NCBI RefSeq assembly: GCF_006345805.1
Contig: NC_042998.1
Location: 115,692,001 to 115,756,000 of the forward strand
Source: Octopus sinensis
Lineage: Eukaryota
Length of the DNA: 64,000 nucleotides
Direction of reading: 5' to 3'
Numbering within the stretch: the first letter of the stretch is position 1; every line of letters starts with the position of its first letter. Positions 1-13,081 of the stretch are shown here, one piece after another. The notes under the pieces are model-generated. The model did not search any database, was not told the origin of the DNA, and worked only from the letters and a program-made list of their open reading frames with translations. The translations under genes were made by a program, and so were the position numbers.

Positions 1-1204
1 AGGCTTCGTAACCATAAAGTACAGTCAATACTGCCTTCACGCTCCCCTTCTCCATTTTTCTTATTTCTGCTATTATAATATTTTTATATTTTCAAGCAGG
101 GTCTAACTTTGCTAAAGCTGCTGTAACTGCTACAATTAACTAATTGACTTATTTCTTTGATTTCACATCTGTAATTGCTTTTGTCAAATATTTCAATTAA
201 TTAATAGCCTTTCAATTGAATTGACTACTTACTATTTGCTTTTATTAGTTATCATTATTTCTATCACTTTCAATATAATTTGCATTTTCATTTCAGTTAT
301 ATAAGAAAGTGTTGCAATGTCACCGGGTTCTTTTTCATTTTGTCCTACTATATCAGTATCGTTAACAGCACGGGACAATGATGGTATTACTTTGCTGTCT
401 TGCGAGGCCGTGCGGTGTTGCATGTCTATGACGACTGCCACCCGATCACAGATCTCTGAAAGATACATCTGCAGTAACCACCTGACAATACTGTGCCAAG
501 AGAGTGAAATAGAACCAGAGGTCGACTTCGTTATCGATGCTCTTCCTGGTGACATTTAAATTTCTCCATTTCACATATTGTTGGACTTGTTTTTGGACAG
601 GTGCATCAAGTACAATGTGAGCTGGTGTCTTAAATATGGGAGAAAATGCGTTAAGGGGCCATACACAATTCCTCAACCAATAAACGAGATTTTACTTAAT
701 GTGATCACTAGGCTTTCTCCGTACTTTCTTTGAATGGGACAAATAAGTTTTTTGTGGCCCTTCAGGTAGCCATGTCTTCCTCTTGTACAACTCTGGAATA
801 TATTGTGGAAGGTTGGTGCCCGTCTTGTGAACAGAATGATGTCAAACTTTAGTTATTCGAAAGTTCGGTCGCGAAAGATGACGTTTCAATAGACGTCGCT
901 AGAATTTCGTTTGGCCCAGTACACTTATGATTGTTGCTGCGTGTTGTTCCTAAATGTATCGTCTGTTATGCAGTTTTATTTTTGATGAAACAGTATATTT
1001 TTATTTTCTGCAATTTCTGTGCTTACGCATTTATTAATCATTTTCATCTTTTTGCTGGAGAGGAAACTGTCTTGTTAGACTAAAAACTGTTTTGTTTTGC
1101 TAAACGTATTCTTTTTTAAGTAGAGGCGGCTTCTGTCAAACATGAAGCTATTTTTAACTTAGAGCGTAAATTAATAGTGTTAATATTTTAAAAAACCGAC
1201 TTCG

Positions 1205-2278
1205 TTGACTATCGAGGTAGACATTCTAAAAACGTTCAGTAATCATCTATCAGAAAGCACAGAAAAAGCTAAGCGTATGAAAACTCGTGCTAAAACTGCT
1301 GCTTTAGATATTCTCACTGATAAATGGCAAGAAAACCTCTCGGTGGCGAATATCCAAAGAGAGCTAATAATGCCGATGGTGACAAAGCCCTGACCTATCA
1401 ATGGTTAATGTCTTCAGGCATAAAATCAGAAACAGAAGGGTTTATCATAGCAGCCCAAGAGCAATGCCTTCCTACAAGAAAATACCAGGTCAACATATTA
1501 AAGAATGGTAGTAGCCAAACATATCCTGTATGTAAACAACAAAATGAAACCACTGATCATGTTGTCTCTATGTGCAGTCTTCTTGCGCCTACGGAGTATC
1601 TCATCAGGCATGGCAGAGCAGCACAATACATCCATTGGTTAATTTACAAAAATCTGGACTTGCCTCATGATAAAAACTGGTAAGAACACAAACCACCTCC
1701 AGAGCTTGAAAATGATCACATTTCACTCTTCTGCAATTTCTCCATTCAAACTGACAGAAAAATAGATGCGAATAGGCAAGACGTTGTATTGAAAGAATTC
1801 AGACAAAAATCATGCCTTCTCATTGATATGACTGTCTCAATCGACATAAAGGTATCTGTCAAGACCTATAAAAAACTGAGCAAATATACAGATCTAGAAA
1901 TAGAAATTGGCAAAAGATGGAATCTCAAAATTATAAAACAATACCTGTTGTTATAGGTTCCCTAGGAATGATAGCAAAAGGCGTTGATTCCTACCTAGCT
2001 CAGATACCAGGAAACCCCAAAATGCCAGAAATTCAAAAGGTAGTGCTCATGGGAACTGCCCATATCCTACGTAAAATATTGTTTATGTGATCTCAAATTT
2101 TAAAACAAACTTATAATTTTCTTATGTTTTCTTAAACATTCACTAGAACCATACTATGTGCAAAACCAAATATATGACACACTAGGTATAACACCAGCAT
2201 AAACTTCTCACTTGTTGTCTCTTGAGGACTCTGGGTGATACTTGGAGTCAACTTGTACAAATACAAAGAAGTCAAACA
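1205..2278 (+). mobile_element. 5'-truncated R4/Dong-type RLE non-LTR retrotransposon (C-terminal part plus 3' UTR)
   Basis: Frames give KSETEGFIIAAQEQCLPTRKY, a degenerate CCHC knuckle (VCKQQNETTDHVVSMC), ANRQDVVL...LIDMTV...KLSKY and MGTAHILRK; stop near 2088; followed by (AAC)n(AAT)n. Confidence 0.9.
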
Positions 2279-2281
2279 TTT

Positions 2282-2365
<84 letters not shown>

Positions 2366-2366
<1 letters not shown>

Positions 2367-2577
2367 TACCAGAAGTATGGATATCAGGTAACAGGTGCTT
2401 AATACCAACATACAACAGAAAAGGTAATGGACAAAAAGGAGAAGGCAAAAATCCTCTGGTACTTAGACTTCAAGACAGACAAGGGTGTTAGGGTACTGAA
2501 GGCTGGATATAGTAACTTTTAGGAATGACAAACAAGAGTGACTAATAATCGACGTGGCAGTGCCGGAGGGTCAACTT
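2366..2577 (+). mobile_element. Short internal RLE-LINE fragment
   Basis: Degenerate translation ...QHTTEKVMD...KILWYLDFKTD...IDVAVPEG, homologous to the RLE region of the neighbouring copies. Confidence 0.6.
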
Positions 2578-3290
2578 GAGGAATGACCAAATGTCTCCGT
2601 TGCACCGCATCTGCAATAGAGAGGATGAAAGTATTGCCCATATCACTAAGGAATTCCCTAGACTTGCCCAAAACCACTACAAGTTGTGGTGATACGACCA
2701 GGTAGCAAAAGTGCTACATTGGAAATTCTGTGAAAAGTGGGGGCTAGAAAGAGGCAAGACGTGGTATGGGCACAAACCACAGTGAATGGCAGAGTCGGAG
2801 ACTAGCAAAATCCTCTGGGATTTTCCAATCCAAATAGATCAGGTGCTAGATTATAACAGACCAGCCCTATTAGTGGTAGACAAGATGCACCACATATGCT
2901 ATACAGTTAAGATTGCATGCCCTTTGACACACAAATAGTCAAGACGGAAGGCGAAAAGATAGATAAATACAACCCTCTTAAGTACGAAATAGCCCGACTA
3001 TGAAAAATGAAGGTGAAAATAGTGCCAATTGTTGCAGGGTACTTGGGAAAAAAGTATCAGAAGGCACCAAGAAGAATATAAAGGAAATTGGATTAGAGTG
3101 CCCAGTAGAACTGTTACAAAAGGTTTGCCTTCTTGGTACGGTCAGAATAATCCGGAAAATATTAGATAACTGAAAAGAACGAATAGCATGGTGCCGTAGG
3201 CTGCAGATAGTAAGCCCGCTACGCATGCAAGACTCCAGTAGCTGCAACAAAACCTGTGAGAAAAATAGAAATATATAAGACAACTGAATA
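2578..3290 (+). mobile_element. 5'-truncated RLE-LINE (zinc knuckle to 3' end), second family
   Basis: RICNREDESIAHI...VAKVLHWKFCEKWGLE...ILWDFPIQ...QKVCLLGTVRIIRK. Its 3' UTR matches that of 31511-31905. Followed by an AAT-rich tract. Confidence 0.85.
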
Positions 3291-3323
3291 CTACTACTAA
3301 TAATAATAAAAATAATAATAATA

Positions 3324-4715
3324 AAGAATATTATAGACGAGTTAGATCAATACTGAATACAGAGCTCAATGCTAAAAACAAGATAATAAGTATCAACACT
3401 TTAGCCGTCCCAGTTATAAGTTACAGCTACAATATCCTTAACTGGACACTAAATGAACTGACCAAAATAGATAGGAAAACAAAAAAAGTAATGACAGGAT
3501 CTAGGATGCATCACCCAAAATTTGAAATTGAAAGACTATATATACAACGTATAGAAGGTGGTAGAGGCCTTATACAGCTGGAAAACTAGTATAATATAAC
3601 CACCACAGGACTGCAAAAATATCTACTTCAGAAGGAAGGAGAACTGATACAAATAGCGGCAAAACACGAGCAAAACAAAAAACTGTTCTCAGTATTTAAG
3701 GAAACTGACAAATACAAACAAGAAATCATACCACCTAATAAATATGAAGAAGAAGAAGAAGAAGAAGTAGAAGAAGATGAAGAAACAACAAAAGCTATAA
3801 AACAAATGAAATCCAAACTAAAAATAGAACAGCAACGAACCATGATAAAACGATGGCAAGAAAAGCTCCTTCATGGTAAATACTGGACTAAACTAAACGC
3901 AAAAGAAATAGACAAAGAAAAATCCCAGCTATGGTTGAGAAGCTCAGGACTCAAAGCAGAGACAGAGGGATTTTTAATTGCAGCACAAGACCAAAGCCTC
4001 CCCACCAGAAATTACCAAAAACACGTAACGAAAAGAAATATAACAAGTAACTGCAGAATATGTGGAGATGGACAGGAAACAATAAATCATATTATCTCTG
4101 GCTGCCCAGTCCTGGCTAAGAAGGAATATATTCACAGACATGACAGAGTTGGAACCTACATACACTGGAAGCTATGCCAACATTATGGAATAACAACAGA
4201 AAAAAGATGGTATAGGCACACACCAGAAAAGGTCACAGAAAACGAGAAAGCAACCATACTCTGGGATATGCCGATACACACAGATAGAGAAATGAAGGCC
4301 AACAGACCAGATATAGTTGTCAGAGATCATGAAGAAAAATAATGTTTTTTAATTGATGTATCAATACCAGCGGATGACAACGTGTCTCTAAAAGAAATGG
4401 AGAAACTTTCAAAATACAAAGACCTGGAAATAGAGGTAACCAGAATGTGGAATCTAATAGCAGAAACAATTCCTATCATAATAGGTGTATTAGTCATGAT
4501 AAAAAAATATTCAGACAAATACATAACAAAAACACCAGGACTTACAAACACATATAACATACAGAAAATTGCACTACTGGGCACTGCACACATCCTACGC
4601 AGAACACTTTCCATACAATAACCATCAGAGCATCACAACAAATCACAGCACATACCCAAGGCATACAGAACTGCGCTCGGTAGTGAAGTGAAAGCACGAT
4701 ATAAAAAATATGCTA

Positions 4716-4718
<3 letters not shown>
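3324..4718 (+). mobile_element. 5'-truncated RLE-LINE with largely open frame (post-RT region, CCHC, RLE, 3' UTR)
   Basis: KEYYRRVRSILNTELN...HHPK...GGRGL; GLKAETEGFLIAAQDQSLPTRNY; CRICGDGQETINHIISGC; ANRPDIVV; IDVSIP; EKLSKYKDL; ALLGTAHILRR; stop 4619-4621; (AAT)n on both sides. Confidence 0.95.
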
Positions 4719-4775
<57 letters not shown>

Positions 4776-4777
<2 letters not shown>

Positions 4778-4898
4778 GCAGAACACTTTCCATACAATAA
4801 CCATCAGAGCATCACAACAAATCACAGCACATACCCAAGGCACACAGAGCTGCGCTCGGTAGTGAAGTGAAAGCACGCTATAAAAATAAAACTACTGA
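4776..4898 (+). mobile_element. ~125-bp 3'-terminal stub of the same family as 3324-4718
   Basis: Repeats 4597-4718 (acgcagaacactttcc...ctactgaat) with a handful of substitutions; embedded in (AAT)n. Confidence 0.9.
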
Positions 4899-5548
4899 AT
4901 AATAATAATAATAATAATATAGTAATACAACCCAGCAGGACAACTAAAAAATAACTCTAAAAGACTGGTATATTTACAGTTTCCTGTGAGTATTTTGAAT
5001 TTCTCTCAAAATTAAATTAAGGAACTTACATGCCTACAGTTTTCGAACACATAAACGATCAGCTTTAAAATGTTTAGTATCTACAACTTCCTTTTCTGTG
5101 AAAGAAATTTACCTTCCTGTTCTTTCTTTCTCTTTCTCCCCGAATATTCGAAAATGTAAACATCCTTTTTATTGAAAAACACACACAGTCTTCTCTGAAC
5201 GGTCATACAAACGAACACCTCAAACAATTTTGAAACTTTAATATCTCCAATTTTGTGTGAACATTTGATCTTTTCTTATATATTTTATCTTTCCGCGAAT
5301 ACATAGATAAGCGCTTTATGGTAACAACACAATTAAATGCACGATAAAAGATTAAGGAGGTAAGCACCTGCCACTATATACATACTGCACAACTACAAAA
5401 ACTGTAAACCAAAGCAAAACTTTTAAAAAAGAAAGAAATATTCTAAAAGAAAAGGAAAAAGAAATGCATAAATTCAAAAATTTATATATATATATATATA
5501 TATAATATATATATATACACACATATATATATATATATATATACAAAT

Positions 5549-5579
<31 letters not shown>

Positions 5580-5606
5580 CATACACACACACACGCATAC
5601 ACACAC

Positions 5607-5646
<40 letters not shown>

Positions 5647-6299
5647 ATTGTTGTTTTCTACCAGTAATTACAAATAGAACAGTTTGAATTGCCTCTTTTC
5701 AAGGCCAAACGGCAGCACTCTCAGTGGTCACTGGTAGTAGTATAAACATCTGACCTCTGCTGACACAAAGGGTACGAAGATTCTTTTGTCTCTATAGCTG
5801 ACCTCCCCGACAACTGCCGAATATATTTATAGAACTGTAGAATTTGACCTATTCACCAAGTTGATACCCAACCATTTCCTTCAACGATAACATATTTATG
5901 ATTATCTCAAGTACAAGACAAAAGTTGAAAATAAAGAACATTTAATAAAATCTTTAAATAATAATTATTTTAAAAATAAAATTATGGAAATAGTAATTAT
6001 GATAATAACAGTTGTAGTGGTGGTGATGGTGATAATGATAAAAACAAAAATAGTAATGATATACTGCAGCTGCTAATACTACAACTACTATTACTCTGAT
6101 AGCATAGGAATCTGAGGCCCAACTACCACCCTTACCACTACCCTACCCACGCTACTGTTGCTGGTGCTGCAACCACTGCTGCTACTACACATGATAACAA
6201 TAATATCAGTGATATCAGTGACGCTAATAATGATAAATAAAGGAAACGGGTGGACACCTCCCATGGCCTGATTAATGATACATCTAGTGATGGTGTCAC

Positions 6300-9200
6300 A
6301 ATAAAAACACTGCTAATTCCGCAACCTGATAATCGCTACTTCATATGAATGACAATGAAAAAACAAAATATTATGAATAACGGTGGTAATTTAACTGAAG
6401 CCAAGGATGGTGACTGTTGCAACCGACAAGCTCAGAGATTCTGGTCCGGCTCCAGCCTGTTGTTATCCAGAAAGGGACCACCACACACAGCGTAGATGGA
6501 GCAAGCTAATTAATGCTGAGCAACCCGGTAGATGGAGATGGTGCTCAAATTAGGAGTTACTGAAAACGTATGTATGATCATTGGAGAGAAACGGGATTGT
6601 TTCAACTCACGGATCAAGCTAGAGCAATAGGAAAAATCGTTGGTTCATAGAAGTAGAACTCGAAGATATCAAAAGACGGGTTTTGGAAAATAGCAGCAGA
6701 GATAATGATGAAAATACAGTTTTTACTAATAAGAGTAATCTTATAGCACAGGAAAGAAGCAGTGGTAGCTTACATGATGAGAGACATGTAGATGATCTAA
6801 AAGAAGACAATAAATCTATTGGTGACATGACAGATGAACAAAAGGCAATCTACGACAGAATAATGACAAGAATACAGGAGAACGATAGCGACATTATTTG
6901 CACCCTTAAAAAAGGTTGATCGATGGAAACTGAACCAAGAAACGAAAAATGTCAATGAAATTCTGAAATATATCAGAACAAACAACATCACAGAAACAAA
7001 TAATTTGATCAAGGCAGCAAGTATTGTTGTAGCAGAAAACGTGGGTGCTGATGTCAAGAAAATGAAATATTATGGGAGTGACAAAAGAAAAGAACCATGG
7101 TGGAAAAGAAGAATACAAGTTGGGTTAGATATGCTCTCGGAGGAAATTTCTGTGTTAGACTGAAAAGAGAAAGAACAGCTTGAAAGCGAACAAAAATACA
7201 GAGCGCTGAAAAGTATAATATTAAAAGAAATGGCCTGAATGTGGTAATGGGGAAACTGAAACAGCGCCTCGTTGCAAAGAAAGCAAAGATGGTAAAATAT
7301 GACCAAAGAACAAAGGGTTACCAGCAGAATAGGTTATTCAGAGTAGATCAGAAAAGATTCTATAAAGAAATAAATGGAGATTGTACAAATGAAAAGCTGA
7401 TGCCAGATAACAATGAAAGTCAAAGGTTTGGGACATCTGGAACAAAGACAAGGAGCACAAGAAGGATGCTGAATGGTTGCAAGAACCGAAACAAACAGTA
7501 GTCTGTCCAAAACAGGCAGAACTAGTTATTTCAGTTAGGGAAGTGAAGGAAATCAGCAAACTAATGAGCAACTGGAAGGCCCTGAGACCAGATGGATCAA
7601 AAGATTTGGTGAATGTTCTGTACGAATAGCTGTGCAACTTACCAAGCAACACCAGAGTGGTTGACATTGGGTAGGACAGTGCTGAAAAACATCGAAAAAG
7701 GCAACATGGTAGACAATTACAGACCGATGTCCTGTCTACCACTTAAGTGGAAGCAATTAACTGGAATACTCGCAGAGTCAATGTACAAATATCTGGAAAA
7801 AATGGAATCCTGCCACATAAGCAGAAGGGTTGCAAGTGTATGTGCAGAGGCACCAAGGATCAAATCCTGTTAGACAAAACTGTACTTAGACACTGCAAGA
7901 GGAGGAAAAGTAACTTAGCCATATCACGGGTCGACTATCGTAAGGTGTACTATATCATCACACATTCTTGGATAATGGAATGTGTGAAGCTATTTGGTAT
8001 TGCATTGAATGTTGAACGATTGCTTGGAAAAAGTATGGCGAATTGGAGGACGGACCTGACAGCATACGGAAGAAGTTTAGGGACAGCAGAAATCTGGAGG
8101 GGCATCTTCCAAGGGGACTGCCTGTACCCACTGATCTTTGTGCTGTGCTTGATACCGCCAACACTGATTCTAAGGAAAGCAAAAGCTGGGTATATATCCA
8201 AAAGCCGCCAACAAAAATTCAACCATTTGTTATTCATGGATGACTTCAAACTTTATGGTAAAGATGAAGCCCAAGTCAGTTCCCTCGTTGATACGGTGTA
8301 TACTTTCAGTATTGATATCGGAATGGAGTTCGGACTGAGAAAGTGTGGTGTGTTAGTCTTGAAGAGAGGAAAAATCAAATGTATGGACGGGCTAACGATA
8401 CCGTCGGGAGAGGTTATGAAGCAGATAGAAGAGGCGGGCTATAAGTACTTGGGGATTTTGGAAATGGATAAATTTATGGAGAAAGAAATGACAGAAAAAT
8501 TTACGGTGGAGTACTTGCGCAGACTGAGACTGATCCTTAAGTCGAAATTAAACGGACGTTATAAGATTGAAATTATCAACACATGGGCGGTTTCACTCCT
8601 TAGATATAGATCAGGGGTAATTGCATGGACAGTAGACGAACTAAACAGCTTAGACAGAAAGACAAGGAAGTTGCTAACTAGATATTGAACACTCCACCCA
8701 AAAAGTAACAGAGACAGACTGTATGTACCAAGAAAAAGATTGGGAAGAGAACTTATTGGATGCGAACACTGCATTAGAGCAGAAGAAAACAACATAGCAT
8801 GGTATGTAAAAAAAATGCCACAGAACCGCTATTATTAGAAGTAAGAAGGTCAGGCTTGTATAGAGTGCAAAGGTAAAGCACTGTACAAGCAATAGAAAGC
8901 GAATGAAACTGAAAATAAGTGGGTAAAGAAAAGAATGCATGGTCAATTTCATAGGGATGTTGAAAATAAGACAGATAGAGAAAAAAGATGGCTGTGTATG
9001 AGTAAAAGTGATTTAAAACCAGAAGCGGAGGCTCTAATCTGTGCTGCCCAAGAGCAAGCGCTAAGAGCAAACTACATAAAATGCAGAATAGACAACACAT
9101 CAAAAAGTGATAAGTTCAAAAACAGTGGACAGTGGTGAAACCATATGGCATATTACCAGCCAATGTACGCCACGACAATATAGCCAGGCTTGTGCATAGG

Positions 9201-9730
9201 ATATTTTGCAACAAGTATGGACTTGACAGAGCCAAAAATTCGTACTACCACAAACTCGAAGACATCATCGAAAATAAAACTACAAAAGATCCTATGGGAT
9301 TTCATGATTCAGTGCGACCATGAGATTGAGAATAGGAAGCCAGAGAAAGAAATTGAGAAACAAAACAAACTAAGCTGGATAATAGATATATCATGCCCAG
9401 CTGACAACAAGGTATGCGATAAGGAAAAAAGAAAAGTCGATAGATATAAGAGGTTAGCTAGGGAAGTTAAGAAGTTGTGGTTGATCAAAAAGATAGTAGT
9501 AGTACCAATAATTGTTGGAGCCCTGGGAACAGTGAGCAAAAATCTCGAGAAGCACATGGAACAAATAGGGGTTGCAATTAGGGTGGAGCACTTGCTGAAA
9601 ACTGCTCTGCTTGGAACAGTTGGAATACTCTGGAAGCTGCTCGAAAAATAAGAGGTGTTACCTTAGATCACTGGTAGTGAAGAGCTGACACCGTAGTACA
9701 TCTCTGGCGTTAGAAGTTGTGCAATGGCAA
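6300..9730 (+). mobile_element. Near full-length, frameshifted R4/Dong-clade retrotransposon (N-terminal domain, RT, CCHC, RLE)
   Basis: N-terminal DQARAIGKNRWF-like motif. RT motifs [34 protein letters not shown] and YKYLG. EALICAAQEQALRANY; ILWDFMIQCDHEIENRKP; IIDISCPAD; LLKTALLGT; stop 9649-9651; ends in (AAT/AAC)n. 5' boundary approximate. Confidence 0.93.
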
Positions 9731-9789
9731 TAATAACAATAATAACAACAACAACAACAACAACAATAATAATAATAATAATAATATTC

Positions 9790-10440
9790 AGTTGTGTTGG
9801 ATGTTGACACAGTCATAAAATATGTGATGAAAACTGGTGTAGACCCAATGTGATGAGAAATGATGTAGACTCAATATGGCGATACTGCAACGATGAGATT
9901 GAAACAGTGGACCACCTAATGTCTGGGTTTTAGCACTTGTCGAGTACAAATTAAGATATGACAGAGTTGGCCAATATTTACATTGGATAATGTGTCCGCA
10001 TTATAAAATCAAAACTGCTGACAAATGGTATAACCACTACACTTAAACTGAAGTAACCGACGGAGAAAATGTAACGATTCTTTGGTGCTTTTCAGTATGT
10101 ATAGACCGGACCATTAATGCAAATAAAGCAGATATTGTTGTGAAAAACCAAAGCAATAAAATCTGTTTACTGGATGAGCTGAACATACCCTTTGACCATA
10201 ATATCTCGATAAAAAAAAATTGATAAGCTCAGAAAATATAAAGATTTGGTAATCGAAATCGAAACAATGTAGCATTTCAAGACGACTACAATACCAATGA
10301 TTATAGGAGCGCTTGGAATGATCAAAACAGAAACTAAAAATTATTTAAGAATCCTCCCTGACTTACCATCTATGCAGGAAGTGTACATCACACGTACTGG
10401 TACATCACACGTACTGACAAGAGCATGGTCACTGTGAATT
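9790..10440 (+). mobile_element. 5'-truncated RLE-LINE (knuckle plus RLE), another family
   Basis: RYCNDEIETVDHLMSG...YDRVGQYLHWIMC...ANKADIVV...KYKDLVIEI...IIGALGMI; starts directly after an (AAT)n tract. Confidence 0.85.
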
Positions 10441-10495
10441 TTCGTTCATTTCCCTCTTTATTTTCTTTGTTTCTATTTTTATTTATTTTTTTGTG

Positions 10496-10827
10496 AAGGC
10501 ACATGGCTCAGTGGTTAGAGTGCCGAACTTACGACCGTGAGGTTGGGAGTTCGAATCCCGGACCGGGTTGCGTGTTGTGTTCTTAAGCAAAACACTTTAT
10601 TTCACGTTGCTCCAGTTCACTCAGCTGTAGAAATGAGTTGTGACGTCACTGGTGCCAAGCTGTATCGTCCTTTGCCTTTTCCTTGGAAGACATCGGTGGC
10701 GTGAAGAGGGGAGGCTGATATGCATGGGCGACTGCTGGTCTTCCATAAACAACCTTGCCCGGACTTGTGCCTTGGAGGATAACTTTCTAGGTGCAATCCC
10801 ATGGTCATTCGTGACCGAAGGGGGTCT
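10496..10827 (+). mobile_element. tRNA-derived SINE with CORE-like central domain
   Basis: Pol III A box TGGCTCAGTGG and B box GTTCGAATCC, then tgtgttctt-agcaa-cacttt...ctccagtt...cagctgta (CORE-like). About 94-95% identical by eye to the inverted copy at 23070-23401. Confidence 0.92.
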
Positions 10828-11071
10828 CCGATTTTTTATTCTATTTATTTTCTCTCTGTCATTCTTACCTTTTTTCTCTATCACATGACTTTATAACTGA
10901 ACAATCAGGTGTGTTTATTCTAATGACCTGCCAATATATACAGTGCGTTTCTCTGCACTAGGTGTCAGGAAAACACTGGGCAAGAAACGGAAACACAATT
11001 GAAAGATGATAATGAACATAATAATAATATCATCATCATCATCACCAACAACAACAACAATAATAATATAT

Positions 11072-11350
11072 GGTAAATAAAAAGAAAGAACAAGCATTAT
11101 ATTCGACATACCATGTCCTGGTCACAACAGGATGAAAGAGAGAAAAGAAAAACCGAACAGCTACGAATACAAAGGTTGTGGTCAATGAGGAGAGTAGACG
11201 TGATACCATTAATATTTGGTGCATTTGGTAGTATCAGCACTCAACTACTAACATGGCTGAAAAAGATTGGTACAAATGTAAACAAGTGTCACCTTTGTCT
11301 GCTGGCTGTAGACAGCTGAAACTTTACATCATACTCAGCAAAGTAAGCTG
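11072..11350 (+). mobile_element. RLE-LINE 3' fragment
   Basis: IFDIPCPG...QRLWSMRRVDVIPLIFGAFGSI; bounded by AAT/AAC tracts; ends ~50 bp from the exon donor at 11400. Confidence 0.75.
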
Positions 11351-11400
11351 AGAGTTTTCATATAATAATAATGATAATAATAATCGCTTGTTCAAGTTAC

Positions 11401-11506
11401 CTGTGAAAACTGGATTCCATTTTCCACCATATGAAAGACGTACCCTCGGCTGGTTGTACAAAGAGCACTGGTAGTCTCGAAAATCCTGGCTGTTTGCACT
11501 GCAATC
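11401..11506 (-). CDS. Next coding exon of the same ADAMTS-like gene (end of TSP1, start of ADAMTS Cys-rich module)
   Basis: ttcttttacaag|GAT...ACA G|gtaact. Translates DCSANSQDFRDYQCSLYNQPRVRLSYGGKWNPVFT(G), matching the C-x4-DFR-x2-QC-x2-(F/Y)N...W-x-P pattern that follows TSP1 in ADAMTSL2/papilin. Joins the upstream exon in phase 0. 106 bp, ends in phase 1. Confidence 0.82.
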
Positions 11507-11814
11507 CTTGTAAAAGAATTAATATATGTAAGCATTAGTTCAGTAACTTTTCTGTAATACATGAGCTGAAAATTACTTGGTCAATTGCATTATACTATGT
11601 TTTCATTTTCTGTACCGAGAATCACGTTGAAACTGCTAACACCCACATCGTTTTTATTTCTATTTATAGCTTCAAATTGTTACAACTTTATTTATTTTTC
11701 ATTGAAATGGTGACGTCAAGCTGCAGTAGCGGCCTTTAAAATTTACCTCAGTTATTCCAATGTAGTTTTATAGTACTATCCTCTTTCCTATTAATTATTG
11801 ATTATACGTTAGTT

Positions 11815-11870
11815 CTTTTTTATTCTTATTCTTATTCTTCTATTTTCTTCTTGTACTTGTTCTTCTTTCT

Positions 11871-11902
<32 letters not shown>

Positions 11903-12102
11903 TTCTTCTTCTTCTTCTTCTTCTTCTTCTTCTTCTTCTTCTTCTCTCCTCCTTCTTCTTCTTCTTCTTCTTCTTCTTCTTTCTTCTTCTTTCTTCTTTC
12001 TTCTTCTTCCTTCTTCCTTCTTTCTTCTTTCTTCTTCCTTCTTCTTCCTTCTTCCTTCTTCTTTCTTCTTCCTTCTTCCACTTCTTCTTCTTCTTCTTAC
12101 TA

Positions 12103-12157
<55 letters not shown>

Positions 12158-12244
12158 TCGTCGTCATCGTCGTCATCATTGTCATCATCGTCATCACCAC
12201 CACCGCCACCACCACCGCCACCACCAACCACCACCACCACCACC

Positions 12245-12278
<34 letters not shown>

Positions 12279-12285
12279 TCATCAA
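11815..12285. repeat. Compound trinucleotide microsatellite (CTT)n-(ATT)n-(CAT/CGT)n-(CAC)n; similar fields at 12720-13090, 13600-13965, 16100-16460, 16760-17400, 17640-18270, 25560-25750, 32900-32990, 60600-60740
   Basis: Direct inspection; accounts for the poly-N/D/I/S/V/L ORFs in the track. Confidence 0.98.
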
Positions 12286-12417
12286 TCTGCTTTTCATTTT
12301 CTTTAACAACATCATTTACTTTACAGTGACAGAATGTAAATTACACCAAAACCCAGTTAGAAAATAAATCCAATACTGCTGTAAACGATAACATAAAGAG
12401 AAAAGAAAGGTGAGAGG

Positions 12418-12458
<41 letters not shown>

Positions 12459-13009
12459 GCGCGCGCACATATGCATACATACTCAAGCTCACACAGGCAC
12501 CCAGAAAAGCATACATGCAATCATGCACATATGGGACAACGTACATATACACACAGAACTACATAGAAGCAATCAACATCAATAATAACGACAAAAATCA
12601 CACACAAACAAACACTAATAGCATTAACAACAACAACAACTAAAACAACCAGACAATCAAGTCAAACTATTAAATCGTATATGTCAGGAAAAGTCGAACT
12701 AATGAATAAAAAAAAAAGAAATCAAAAACACCTCCACCACCATCACCATTATCACCACCGACAACGACCACAACAACAACAACTGCAACAACAACGATAA
12801 ACATAACAATCACTGGCACAACACGTATAATAATAATGACAACAGTATAAAAGCAAACACAATGATGAAGAAAAAAAAAAAAAAAATAAAACGAAAGAAA
12901 ATCGCTACGTAATATCGTTTGTATTCCAGAATGTTCTGAAATGCTTTTATGTCATTCATTACGGAACCAATTTGAGTAGTGTGATCTGACGATGTCTTCA
13001 AAAGAACAA

Positions 13010-13081
<72 letters not shown>

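Noticed and set aside
10496-10570. tRNA-like sequence (also 23330-23401 and other SINE heads)
   Set aside because: A and B boxes continue directly into SINE body sequence and there is no complete acceptor stem; these are SINE heads, not tRNA genes.
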